NCBI GenBank assembly: GCA_050250955.1
Contig: JBFWNR010000002.1
Coordinates: forward strand, 537,634 to 601,633
Direction: 5' to 3'
DNA length: 64,000 nucleotides
From: Vicinamibacterales bacterium
Lineage (GTDB): Bacteria; Acidobacteriota; Vicinamibacteria; Vicinamibacterales; UBA2999
Shown here: positions 20,135-31,153 of the stretch, in pieces
How positions within the stretch are numbered: the stretch's first letter is position 1
How the letters are laid out: every line of letters starts with the position of its first letter
Notes under the pieces: model-generated
The model's input: only the letters and a program-made list of their open reading frames with translations
The model's database searches: none
What the model was told of the DNA's origin: nothing
Program-made: the position numbers and the translations under genes

Positions 20135-20896
20135 GTGGACCACGTCGAACCCCGACCGGACGACCCGCTCCCGCCCGACGACGCCGGCCTCGCCGTGCCG
20201 CTGCCGGCGTCCCCGGAGCCCGTGGTGAGCGCGGCCGCTCCGGTGGTGGGCGCGACGTCCGTCGCGGTGGAGGCGCCGGCGGCCTCGGTCGCGGTGCCGC
20301 TCAGTGGCTTCGACGGCACCCCGGCCGCCGCTCCGGCGTTCAGCGCGCCGGCCCCGAAACCGACCACCGCCGAACGCCTGGCGGCGTGGCACGACGAGTT
20401 CTGGGCCTGGGTGAAGACGCTGGCCTCGGCGGCGGTCTATGCCACGCTCATCGTCACCTTCGGCTTCCAGGTCGCCCGGGTCGAAGGGCTCAGCATGGCG
20501 CCGACGCTCGACGACCAGGATCGGCTGATCGTCAACAAGCTGGTCTATCGCCTGTCCTCGCCGCGGCGCAGCGACATCGTGATGCTCTACTACCCGCTCA
20601 ACCCGGACAAATCGTTCGTCAAGCGGGTCATCGCCGAGGAAGGCGATCAGGTGCGGATCGTCGACGGCCGCGTCTACGTCAACGACGTGCCGCTGCCCGA
20701 CGACTACGTGCCCGAGGAGTACCGCAGCCACGACGACTGGGGTCCGCAGGTCATTCCCGAGGGCTACTACTTCGTCATGGGCGACCACCGGAACAACAGT
20801 TCCGACAGCCGCCACTGGGGCATGGTGCCGAAGAAGTACATCATCGGCAAGGTCCAGGTGCGGTGGTGGCCGGTGCCTCAGGCCCGGGTGTTCTGA
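20135..20896 (+). CDS. lepB: Signal peptidase I
   Basis: 253 aa, GTG start with a GAGGAGAAGG Shine-Dalgarno. Catalytic Ser box GLSMAPTL and Lys box KRVIAEEGD. Ends with GDHRNNSSDSRHWG. Confidence 0.9.
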   Translation: MDHVEPRPDDPLPPDDAGLAVPLPASPEPVVSAAAPVVGATSVAVEAPAASVAVPLSGFDGTPAAAPAFSAPAPKPTTAERLAAWHDEFWAWVKTLASAAVYATLIVTFGFQVARVEGLSMAPTLDDQDRLIVNKLVYRLSSPRRSDIVMLYYPLNPDKSFVKRVIAEEGDQVRIVDGRVYVNDVPLPDDYVPEEYRSHDDWGPQVIPEGYYFVMGDHRNNSSDSRHWGMVPKKYIIGKVQVRWWPVPQARVF

Positions 20897-21837
20897 ACGC
20901 GCACGCGCACGCCCGGCCGGCGCCGTCCGGCGCCGATCCCGACCGCTATCGCCGGGTCTCGGCGGTCCTGCGCCGCGTCCTCGTCCTCAACCTCGCCGTG
21001 GCACTGGCCAAGGTCGCGTTCGGCGTGGCCAGCGGCGCGATCTCGATCCTCTCCGACGGCCTGCACTCGATCACCGACAGCGCCTCGAACGTCGTCGCGA
21101 TGGTCGGCGTCCGGCTGGCCGGCCGCCCTCCCGACGAGCACCACCCGTACGGCCACCGCAAGTTCGAGACCATGGCCTCGGTGGGGATCCTCCTGTTCCT
21201 CCTGCTCGCCCTCGTCCAGGTGCTGGTCACGGCCGTCGAACGGCTGCGCTCGGGCGCGGTGCCGGGGATCTCGACGACCAGCTTCGTGGTGATGGGCGCG
21301 ACCCTGGCCGTCAACCTGCTGGTCGTCGCCTACGAGCGGCGCGAGGGCCGGCGGCTGGTCAGCGAAGTCCTGCTCGCCGACGCCCGGCACACGACCAGCG
21401 ACATCTTCACGTCGTGTGCCGTGATCGTCGCGCTCGCCGGCGTCTGGGCCGGCTACCCCGCCGCCGATGCCTGGGCCGCGCTGCTCGTGGCCGGCTTCAT
21501 CGGCTACGCCTGCTGGGGCATCGCCGATGAGACCTCACGCATCCTGGGCGATCGCATCGTCATCGCCGAGAGTGACGTGAGCGACGTCGTCCGCGCCGTG
21601 CCCGGCGTGCTGGGCTGCCACCGGATCCGCACCCGCGGCTCGGCCGACCACGTCTTCCTCGACCTGCACGTGTGGATGCCGGCGGAGATGACGCTGGTCG
21701 ACGCCCACGCGCTCTCCCACGTCGTCAAGGACCGTGTCATGCAGCGCTTCCCGCAGATCAAGGACGCCGTCATCCACATCGAGCCGCCGCCGATCGACTC
21801 GGCCGAGTCAGCGGCGTCGGCGCACCGGCCCGTCTAG
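20863..21837 (+). CDS. Cation diffusion facilitator (CDF) family transporter
   Basis: The real part of track ORF 20386..21837. Contains LNLAVALAKVAFGVASGAISILSDGLHSITDSASN, HHPYGHRKFE and HVWMPAEMTLVDAHAL. The nearest in-frame starts before the first TM are GTG 20863 and 20866, overlapping the lepB 3' end. Start is uncertain. Confidence 0.85.
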   Translation: MVAGASGPGVLNAHAHARPAPSGADPDRYRRVSAVLRRVLVLNLAVALAKVAFGVASGAISILSDGLHSITDSASNVVAMVGVRLAGRPPDEHHPYGHRKFETMASVGILLFLLLALVQVLVTAVERLRSGAVPGISTTSFVVMGATLAVNLLVVAYERREGRRLVSEVLLADARHTTSDIFTSCAVIVALAGVWAGYPAADAWAALLVAGFIGYACWGIADETSRILGDRIVIAESDVSDVVRAVPGVLGCHRIRTRGSADHVFLDLHVWMPAEMTLVDAHALSHVVKDRVMQRFPQIKDAVIHIEPPPIDSAESAASAHRPV

Positions 21838-21856
21838 CCGCCAGCCGCCGTCAGGG

Positions 21857-22294
21857 TCACTTCGCGGTGGCGGGCTTCGACAACGGCTCGCCGGTCTTGC
21901 CGACGATCACGACCGAGATCACGGCCGGCTCGGTGGCACTGGCGTTGGCCGACGTGCTGTGCACCGACCCCAGCGGCTCGAAGAACGACTGGCCGGGGCC
22001 GAGCGTTTTCGCCGGCTCGCCGTTGATCGCCCACTTGATGCTGCCCTTCACCACGTAGCCGAAGGTCGGCCCCGGGTGCTGGTGCGACGCGCTCACCGCG
22101 CCGGGTGGATAGGTGACCTCGAGCATGGTGCCGGTCCAGCCTTCGAACGGCGCGGCCAGTGGATGCGCCCCGAGCGGCCGCGAGCTGGTCGCCGTCGCCG
22201 GCGCGCCGGTCTGGGCACCGGGCGTGGCCGCGCCGAGCGTGGCGCCGCCCGCCACCGCGGCAAGTCCGGCCTGGAGCAGTTCTCGACGGTCCAT
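21857..22294 (-). CDS. Cupin domain protein with Tat signal
   Basis: 145 aa. MDRRELLQAGLAAVAGGATLGAA is a twin-arginine signal. Cupin motifs: SASHQHPGPTFGYVVKG and GQSFFEPLGSVH. Confidence 0.75.
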   Translation of the reverse strand: MDRRELLQAGLAAVAGGATLGAATPGAQTGAPATATSSRPLGAHPLAAPFEGWTGTMLEVTYPPGAVSASHQHPGPTFGYVVKGSIKWAINGEPAKTLGPGQSFFEPLGSVHSTSANASATEPAVISVVIVGKTGEPLSKPATAK

Positions 22295-22387
22295 GGATGG
22301 CTCTCCTCGGCGGACACGCTAGCACGAAGCGCCCGGGCCCGGGGCCGGGGATTCGGGGTCAGGGGCGCGGCTGGTACAGTGCCGGGG

Positions 22388-23122
22388 ATGACGACACACC
22401 ACATGTACACGAACCTCGCCGGCTGGTGGCCGCTGCTGTCGCCGGCGGAGGACTATCGCGAGGAAGCCGCCGACCTGCTGCCGTCGCTGCTGGCCGCGCC
22501 GGACACGCCCCCCCGCACCATGCTCGAACTGGGCGCGGGCGGGGGCAGCCTCGCCTCGCACCTCAAGGCGCACTTCGCGGTGACGTTGTCCGACCTCTCG
22601 CCGGGCATGCTCGACGTCAGCCGGGCGCTCAACCCGGAATGCGAACACGTCCAGGGCGACATGCGGACGCTGGACCTCGGCCGCACCTTCGACCTCGTGC
22701 TGCTGCACGACGCGGTGATGTACATGACCACGCGCGAAGACCTGGCGCTGGCCCTGGCCACCGCCGCGCGGCACTGCCGGCTCGGGGGTGGCGTCGCCGT
22801 GCTGCCCGACTGCGTCCGCGAGACCCTGGACATCGACGTCGAGGGGGTCTCGACCGGCGGCGAGGACCGCGCTGACGGCCGCGGGCTGCGCTACATGGAA
22901 TGGAGCTGGGATCCCGATCCCGACGACACCGAGTACATCACCGCCTACAGCTTCGTGGTCCGGCACGCCGACGGCCGGGTGGACTTCGAGGGCGACGTCC
23001 ACCACAACGGCGTGTTTCCACGCGCGACGTGGCGCGAGGCCCTGGCCGACGCCGGCTTCGACGCCACGTCGCGGATCGATCGGTGGAACCGCGATGTGTT
23101 CACCGGCCGGCGGATCCGCTGA
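22388..23122 (+). CDS. Class I SAM-dependent methyltransferase
   Basis: In-frame ATG 22388 (MTTHHMYTNLAGWWPLLS). Motif I MLELGAGGGSLA and FDLVLLHDAVMYM. The upstream part of track ORF 21734.. is Arg-rich junk antisense to the cupin gene. Confidence 0.75.
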   Translation: MTTHHMYTNLAGWWPLLSPAEDYREEAADLLPSLLAAPDTPPRTMLELGAGGGSLASHLKAHFAVTLSDLSPGMLDVSRALNPECEHVQGDMRTLDLGRTFDLVLLHDAVMYMTTREDLALALATAARHCRLGGGVAVLPDCVRETLDIDVEGVSTGGEDRADGRGLRYMEWSWDPDPDDTEYITAYSFVVRHADGRVDFEGDVHHNGVFPRATWREALADAGFDATSRIDRWNRDVFTGRRIR

Positions 23123-23131
23123 TGCGGCGGG

Positions 23132-24217
23132 TCAGTCGTCGCGGCGGATGACGTAGGGCACGCGGCGCTTGAGCCGCAGCACCGGTGTTTCGACCCACCT
23201 CCACATCAGCGCGGCCAACCCCAGGGTGGTCGCGGCGTAGAGCCCGGCGCGACCCGCTGGCGACGACGGCACGACCCGGTCGAGCCCGGCGCGGCTGAAG
23301 GCCGCGAAGACGACGACGGGGGCGAACGCGTGGATCAGGTAGGCGCCGTAGCTGATGCGGCCGACGGCGCGCACGGCGGGATGGGAAAGGAGCGTGCCGC
23401 CGATCCCGCCGGCGCCGCGCGTCGCGGCGGCGACCAGCCAGACGAACACCAGCCCCTGGGCGAGCTGCCGCCACACCGCGACCGCCGCGCCCGGCGGCGC
23501 GACACGGTCGGCGACGGCCAGGACGAGCCAGGCGGTCAACCCGAGGAGCGCCGACCATCCGCGGGCCACGGTCGGCACGCGGTCGGGCCACCGCCACCAC
23601 GACCAGGCGAGCCAGGCGCCGAGGCCGAGCGAATCGGCGCTGCCGCCCGGCACGAGCGCCCAGAACGACTCGTCCAGGCCGCGGCTGGCCGCCGCCCAGC
23701 GCGCCAGCGGTCCGGTGAGGACCACGGTCGCCAGGATTGGCCCCAGGGACCGGGCCGGGACGACGACGACCAGCCACGGCCACAGCAGGTAGAACTGCTC
23801 CTCGACCGCGAGCGACCAGAAGTGGCTGAGGTGCCCCTGCCACTCGCGCTCGGCGGCGATGAACAGGTTCGAGCCGTAGGCGGCATGCCAGGGCCAGGTC
23901 GCCCGGGCCAGCGGCACGTCGGCGAGGACGGCCACGCCGAGCACCAGGTAGAACGCCGGGAACAGCCGCAGCGCCCGGCGGGCGTAGAAGCGCCCGATCG
24001 CCGCCCCACGGTCCGGAGCGGCCCGGAGATCGAGCAGGATGCGGGTGATGAGAAAGCCGCTGAGGACGAAGAAGAGGTGGACACCGGCGCCGAGCGGCAC
24101 GCCGAACTGCCACGCCGGGAGCCAGTGCGACCAGGCCACGGCGGCGACCGCGGCGGCGCGCAGGCCGTCGAGCTGCGGCGAGTAGGCGGCCGGCGGCGGC
24201 GCGGGCGCGGGAGTCAC
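23132..24217 (-). CDS. Acyltransferase family 3 (membrane O-acyltransferase)
   Basis: 361 aa. LDGLRAAAVAAVAWSH...GVHLFFVLSGFLITRILL is the acyltransferase_3 N-terminal signature. About 10 TM helices. Confidence 0.85.
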   Translation of the reverse strand: MTPAPAPPPAAYSPQLDGLRAAAVAAVAWSHWLPAWQFGVPLGAGVHLFFVLSGFLITRILLDLRAAPDRGAAIGRFYARRALRLFPAFYLVLGVAVLADVPLARATWPWHAAYGSNLFIAAEREWQGHLSHFWSLAVEEQFYLLWPWLVVVVPARSLGPILATVVLTGPLARWAAASRGLDESFWALVPGGSADSLGLGAWLAWSWWRWPDRVPTVARGWSALLGLTAWLVLAVADRVAPPGAAVAVWRQLAQGLVFVWLVAAATRGAGGIGGTLLSHPAVRAVGRISYGAYLIHAFAPVVVFAAFSRAGLDRVVPSSPAGRAGLYAATTLGLAALMWRWVETPVLRLKRRVPYVIRRDD

Positions 24218-24266
24218 GACCCCTCGGCCGGCGCCGCCACCTCCTGCCGGGTCGCGATCACGGCCG

Positions 24267-24761
24267 TCACGTCCGCGGCCGGCGAGACCGCCGGTAGTGG
24301 CCCGAACGGCCGCCGCGCTTCTCTTCGAGGCGGACGTCGCCGATGACCATCGTCCTGTCCACGGCCTTGACCATGTCGTAGACCGTCAACGCCGCCCCGG
24401 CCACCGCGGTCAGCGCTTCCATTTCGACACCGGTCTGGCCGCTCACGCGGACGCGAGCCCGGATGGCCACGCCGCGGGCCGTCGGCGTCACCTCGACCTC
24501 GATGCCGGTCAAGGCCAGCGGATGGCACAGCGGAATCAGTTCGGCCGTGCGCTTGGCGGCCAGGATGCCGGCGAGGCGGGCGGCCTCGAGCGGACTGCCC
24601 TTCTTCAACGCGCCGCGGCGCAACGCCTCGCGCGCCGCCTTCGACATCGTGACCAGGCCCGAGGCCACGGCCTCGCGGGTCGTGACGGCCTTGTCGCCGA
24701 CGTCGACCATCCGGATCCGACCCCGCGGATCGACGTGCGTCAGTCGCCTGGATTCGGCCAT
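24267..24761 (-). CDS. moaC: Cyclic pyranopterin monophosphate synthase MoaC
   Basis: LTHVD...MVDVGDKAVTTREA...KGSPLEAARLAGILAAKRTAELIPLCHPL...GVEMEALTAV...YDM.KA. I chose ATG 24761 (MAESRRLTHVD). In-frame alternatives are ATG 24770 and GTG 24779. Confidence 0.9.
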   Translation of the reverse strand: MAESRRLTHVDPRGRIRMVDVGDKAVTTREAVASGLVTMSKAAREALRRGALKKGSPLEAARLAGILAAKRTAELIPLCHPLALTGIEVEVTPTARGVAIRARVRVSGQTGVEMEALTAVAGAALTVYDMVKAVDRTMVIGDVRLEEKRGGRSGHYRRSRRPRT

Positions 24762-24847
24762 GCGCCTCATTGTATGCACCCGGGGCGCGGGTTCGCCGTC
24801 GGCCCGATCAAGCGATCACGCGATCGATTGATCACCACGTGCGGGCG

Positions 24848-25513
24848 TCAGTTCTCGCCGTCGCCGTGGGCCAGGAAGAACGACAGGCTCTCGAGCGACA
24901 CCGTCAGGTCGACGCTCTTCAACTTGATACCGGCCGGAACCTTGAGGGTCCCGGGCGAGAAGTTCAGCACCGCCTTGACGCCGCTGCCGGCCACCTGGTC
25001 GAGCACGTGCTGCGCGGACTCGGCGGGCACGGCCAGGACCACGATGTCCACCCGTTCGCGGCGCAGCACCCGCCGCAGGTCCTTGATGTCGTGGATCGGT
25101 ACCCCCGACCGGGACTCGTCGCCGATCTTGGCGTCGGCGCTGTCGAAGAGCGCGACGATCTCGAACCCCTCGCGGCGGAACCCCGGGTAGTCGGCCAGCG
25201 CCAGTCCGAGGTTGCCGGCGCCGAGCACGGCGACGCGCAGCTTGCGGTCGAGGCCGAGGATCTGCCGCAGGTGCAGCTTCAGGTCCTTGACGTAGTAGCC
25301 GACGCCACGCACGCCGAACTCGCCGAAGTAGGCCAGGTCCTTGCGGATCTGGGCCGCGTTCAGATGGAACTGCTCGGCGAGGGCCTGCGACGAGATGGTC
25401 TCGACGCCGGCGGCCTCGAGCTGGGTCAGGCACCGGAGATAGACGGAGAGGCGGCCGGTGGTGAGCTCGGACACCTGTTCGGCGGCGGCTTTTCGCTTGT
25501 TCATAGAATTCAC
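24848..25513 (-). CDS. rex: Redox-sensing transcriptional repressor Rex
   Basis: 221 aa. Winged helix RLSVYLRCL...ISSQALAEQFHLNAAQIRKDLAYFGEFGVRGVGYYV followed by a Rossmann fold VAVLGAGNLGLALA. Start is GTG 25513 or ATG 25504. Confidence 0.9.
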   Translation of the reverse strand: MNSMNKRKAAAEQVSELTTGRLSVYLRCLTQLEAAGVETISSQALAEQFHLNAAQIRKDLAYFGEFGVRGVGYYVKDLKLHLRQILGLDRKLRVAVLGAGNLGLALADYPGFRREGFEIVALFDSADAKIGDESRSGVPIHDIKDLRRVLRRERVDIVVLAVPAESAQHVLDQVAGSGVKAVLNFSPGTLKVPAGIKLKSVDLTVSLESLSFFLAHGDGEN

Positions 25514-25515
25514 AA
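25497..25515. promoter_or_regulatory. Rex-operator-like half palindrome overlapping the rex start codon
   Basis: Minus strand reads TTGTGAA-TTCTA-TGAACAA. The left half matches the Rex box half-site TTGTGAA exactly. The right half has 2 mismatches to TTCACAA, and the spacer is 5 nt rather than 4. Confidence 0.3.
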
Positions 25516-25591
25516 GCGCGACCAGAATAGGCGAAAGCGCCCATCGGGTAAAGCGCCGGGGCGCGCGAGGTCTGCGTTACCATCCCGCGCT

Positions 25592-27574
<1,983 letters not shown>

Positions 27575-27605
27575 CGCGCGGCGCGGCGTGCGGCCCGGCC
27601 GCCGA

Positions 27606-29720
27606 TCAGGAGACGATGCGGAAAGCGTAGGTGACCGACTCGGTCGCGTCACCCCGGGTCGCCGTCACTTCGACGACGTACTCACCCATGGCCAGCGGGG
27701 CCAGCGACACCTCGGCCAGGGCCACGCGCAGCTGCAGCGACTCGTCCAGCCGCTCGGCGAGCGTCACCGGCACGGCCATCGGCTGGCCGAGCCGGTTCAG
27801 CAGCCGCGCGGTCAGCGTCGCGCCGGCATCGAGGATCGGGGTCTCGACCTGCAGCCGCTCGGTGCGACGGAACCGCGGGTCGGCGGTCGGCTCGAACAGC
27901 CGCGCCGTGCCCGGCCCGCGGCGGGAGGCGACGGCCGCCGAGCCGAGCAGCCCGTCGGCCGGCGGCACCGTCACCACGGTCGACAGTGTGAGCGGCAGGC
28001 GCACGCCCTCGGCACGGATCTCGGCCCGCACCTGATACTGCCCGGGCGGCAGCACCTCACGCGCCGGGTGGCGGACCGCGAAGACGCGGCTCCCTGCCTC
28101 GAGGGTGATCGCCTCGCCACTGGTCGCCGGCAGTCCGCTGGCGATCGTCGCCGGCGCGACCTCGACGCGCACGGTCGCGCCCTGCGCCCACTCCGGTTCG
28201 GCCACGACGGCGCGATCCAGTTCCACGGTCGCCTGGACGTAGCCGGCGCCGCCGGCGGCCTGCAGGTAGACCTGCGGCCGGGTGCGTCGGCTGCCCGGCA
28301 GCCGCGCCAGGGCGTCGCGGACGGTCGGGGGCGGGCCGGACGGGCCGGACGGGGCGGCGCTCTGACCGGCCGAGAACTCGGCCGTCGTGGGCGCCAGATA
28401 CCCGGGCCGCGATCGCACGTCGAGCCCGGGCCGCTTCACCCGGACGGTCAGGCGGCGATAGCGGCCGTCGAGCTTCTGGTTGGTGGACACGTAGCCGAGC
28501 AGATAGTAGGCGCCGATGTCGGTCAGCAGCCGGGGCATGGCCCGCTCGATGTTGGTGTTGAGCACGACCGTGCCGTCGGTGTCGGCCGCCAGCGTGCGCA
28601 GGCCGTCCTGGCGCCGGCGCAGTGCCGCGGCATCGGCGGTCGGGGTCGGCGGTCGGCCCGGACCGATCGGCGCGTCGAAGGCGACCAGGCCACGCGGGTC
28701 GATCGGGTAGAAGCTGACGTTGGCGCGGTTGGCGCGTTGCCGCATCTGCTGGAACTCCAGGCCGAAGTCGGTCGTCGCCAGCAGGGCGCGCTCGCGCTCG
28801 CACGACTGCAGGGAGCGCCCGCCGTCCTGACCGGCATCGCTCGCCAGTCGACCGCCCGGCGCGATGCCGATCGTCGGCCCGCCGGGCGGCGGCGACGACT
28901 CGAGGACGCGGGCCAGGCGCTCGTCGGGGCCCGGCAGCGCCCAGCCTTCGGTGAGGAGCAGCACGAAGGTCCGCTCGTCGCGGACCCGCTCGACCTCGGT
29001 GAGGAGGTCGTCGAGCGCCCTGAGCGTCGCCCGTTCGCGACGCCGGGCGATGACGGCGTCGGCCATCCCGGCGGTGTCCGCGACGTCGGGATAGCAGCGG
29101 CGCAGCTCGTCCTCGCGCGGGTCGGCGGTGGTCAACGCGCCGCGGCGGCCCCAGGCCCAGTTGTCGGCCAGCATCCGGTCGATCGAAGTGGTTCGTGGCG
29201 AGTAGGTGATGTTGCGGGCCGAGATCTCCGGGGTCATCACCCCGACCAGATCGTCCTCGCCCACGACCCGGTCGAGGAGCGCCGCAATCGGGTTCCGGGC
29301 GCGATACGAGCCCTCGACCTGGACGTGCAGGGTGTCGAGGAACAGCACGAACACGCGGGCATCGGGCTGGGCGGCGCGCGCCTGCGACTCGGCCACCGTG
29401 TTCGGCTCGACGCGGGCCGAGTCGGGCACCCCGCCACGGGGCTGGACCAGTTCGAACGAGGTCACGGCCTGCGGCGCGGTGTCCTCGAGCACCTCGAAGT
29501 CGTCGGCCGTCAGGTCGGTGACCGCGACACCGTCCCTGGCGACGTAGACGTCGAGCCGCACCAGGTTGGTGCCGCCGCGGAAGCGCGGCTCCTGGCCGCT
29601 GGCGTCCTGGGCAGCGCCCCCGGCGCCGGGCGTGGATCCGCCGAGGGCGACCGCGCTGAGCGCCAGCGCCAGCGCCAGGTGACGGTCACGCGGTAAGCGT
29701 CGTCGGGGGCGCGGAGACAT
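27606..29720 (-). CDS. VWFA-related secreted protein (type described mainly from Acidobacteria)
   Basis: 704 aa with a signal-like N-terminus. FRGGTNLVRLDVYVARDGVAVTDLTADDFEVLEDTAPQAVTSFE...VFVLFLDTLHV matches my memory of the VWFA-related acidobacterial domain family (TIGRFAMs model; accession not verified). Confidence 0.8.
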   Translation of the reverse strand: MSPRPRRRLPRDRHLALALALSAVALGGSTPGAGGAAQDASGQEPRFRGGTNLVRLDVYVARDGVAVTDLTADDFEVLEDTAPQAVTSFELVQPRGGVPDSARVEPNTVAESQARAAQPDARVFVLFLDTLHVQVEGSYRARNPIAALLDRVVGEDDLVGVMTPEISARNITYSPRTTSIDRMLADNWAWGRRGALTTADPREDELRRCYPDVADTAGMADAVIARRRERATLRALDDLLTEVERVRDERTFVLLLTEGWALPGPDERLARVLESSPPPGGPTIGIAPGGRLASDAGQDGGRSLQSCERERALLATTDFGLEFQQMRQRANRANVSFYPIDPRGLVAFDAPIGPGRPPTPTADAAALRRRQDGLRTLAADTDGTVVLNTNIERAMPRLLTDIGAYYLLGYVSTNQKLDGRYRRLTVRVKRPGLDVRSRPGYLAPTTAEFSAGQSAAPSGPSGPPPTVRDALARLPGSRRTRPQVYLQAAGGAGYVQATVELDRAVVAEPEWAQGATVRVEVAPATIASGLPATSGEAITLEAGSRVFAVRHPAREVLPPGQYQVRAEIRAEGVRLPLTLSTVVTVPPADGLLGSAAVASRRGPGTARLFEPTADPRFRRTERLQVETPILDAGATLTARLLNRLGQPMAVPVTLAERLDESLQLRVALAEVSLAPLAMGEYVVEVTATRGDATESVTYAFRIVS

Positions 29721-30303
29721 CGTCGGGAGGCGCGGCCGAGGCGGCGCGACGCAGCCAGCGTATCAGCTTGCGGGCCGCCAGGACGATGACCAGCACGCAG
29801 GCCACGGTGACCACCAGCGCGGCAATGGGGAACGCGAAGGCCAGCAGACCCAGCCCGACGACGAAGAGGTCCTCGGCGACGCTGAACACCCAGTTGCTGA
29901 ACGGCTCGGGACTGACGTTGACCGCCGCGCGCGTTCCTGCCTTGGTGAAGTGGCCGCCGGCGGCCAGCGTGCCGCCGGCCGCGGCGATGAGCACCTGCAG
30001 CCACGGCGACGCCTCGCCGAGCGTGGTGACCGCCACCAGCGCCCCGCCCAGCGGCCGCACCACCGTGTGCACGGCATCCCACAGCGAGTCCACCCACGGC
30101 ACCTTGTCGGCGACGAACTCGATCACGTAGAGCACCAGCGCGGCGCCGATGATCCAGTCGTTGTCGAAGAAGGCGAACTGGGGCGGGAGGGCGACCAGAT
30201 CGAACCGCACCGCCAGCCCGAGCATCGCCACCGTGGCGTAGAGGTTCACCCCGGCGGCGAGCGAGAAGGCGAGCGTGCGACCGGCGGTGGCCAGGATCTC
30301 CAT
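29686..30303 (-). CDS. DUF4126 family membrane protein
   Basis: 205 aa. LAFSLAAGVNLYATVAMLGLAVRF...VIEFVADKVPWVDSLWDAVHTVVRPLGGAL. Confidence 0.7.
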   Translation of the reverse strand: MEILATAGRTLAFSLAAGVNLYATVAMLGLAVRFDLVALPPQFAFFDNDWIIGAALVLYVIEFVADKVPWVDSLWDAVHTVVRPLGGALVAVTTLGEASPWLQVLIAAAGGTLAAGGHFTKAGTRAAVNVSPEPFSNWVFSVAEDLFVVGLGLLAFAFPIAALVVTVACVLVIVLAARKLIRWLRRAASAAPPDDVSAPPTTLTA

Positions 30304-30306
30304 GGG

Positions 30307-31095
30307 CTACCTTTCGTCGTCGCGAATCGGGCCCTGCGCCACCAGCGCGGCGATCCGCGTCCGCACGGCGTCGATGAGGCGATCGCGGTCGTCGACGGTC
30401 AGCCCGGCGGTCGGCACCGGGGCCCCGATCCGCACCGACATCCGCACCGGCCGCACGATGGCGCTGCCGCGACGCATGGCGTCGCGGCCGCCGGTGACCG
30501 CCACCGGCACGATCGGCGCCTGCGCCTTGAGCGCCATGATGAAGCCTCCCTTCTTGAAGGGCAAGAGCTCGTCGGTCCGGCTCCGCGTGCCTTCCGGGAA
30601 GATCAGAAAGGAGTTGCCGGCGCGGATCGAGGCGGCGGCCTGGTCGATGGCGGCGACGGCCTCGTCGCGATTGGCGCGCTCGACCGGGACGAACCCGCCG
30701 ATCTCCATCACGAGGCCGAGAATCGGCAGCGTGCGCAGCTCGGCCTTGAAGAGGATGTGGAGACGCCGGTGCAGGGCGCGGTAGAGCACCGGCGGATCGA
30801 CGTTGCTCTGGTGGTTCGCACAGAACACCACCGCCCGGTCTGCGGGCACGTGCTCGCGGCCGACGACGCGGTAGCGGATCCCGGCGGTGCCGAGGGCCAG
30901 CCACACGCCGCCGTGGCCGAGCTCGTAGAGCACGGCCTTCCAGCGCAGCGGAATCGCGATGGCCAGGCCGAGCACGCCCGCCACGGCGACATACGCCGCC
31001 GTCACGAGATAGGCCGCCGCGGAGCGGACGGCGGCCAGCGCGGTGGCCATGGCGTCGGGCACTGGCGTCGGGCGGAGGTCGGCGGCCGGAGACAC
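30307..31095 (-). CDS. plsC: 1-acyl-sn-glycerol-3-phosphate acyltransferase
   Basis: 262 aa. HX4D box FCANHQSNVDPPVLY. FPEGTRS and PIVPVAV motifs. Confidence 0.85.
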   Translation of the reverse strand: MSPAADLRPTPVPDAMATALAAVRSAAAYLVTAAYVAVAGVLGLAIAIPLRWKAVLYELGHGGVWLALGTAGIRYRVVGREHVPADRAVVFCANHQSNVDPPVLYRALHRRLHILFKAELRTLPILGLVMEIGGFVPVERANRDEAVAAIDQAAASIRAGNSFLIFPEGTRSRTDELLPFKKGGFIMALKAQAPIVPVAVTGGRDAMRRGSAIVRPVRMSVRIGAPVPTAGLTVDDRDRLIDAVRTRIAALVAQGPIRDDER

Positions 31096-31153
31096 GAATG
31101 CCCGGCGCGGACCAGGTCCGGACCGGGCATTCTACCTGTCGAGCGCCGGCGGG

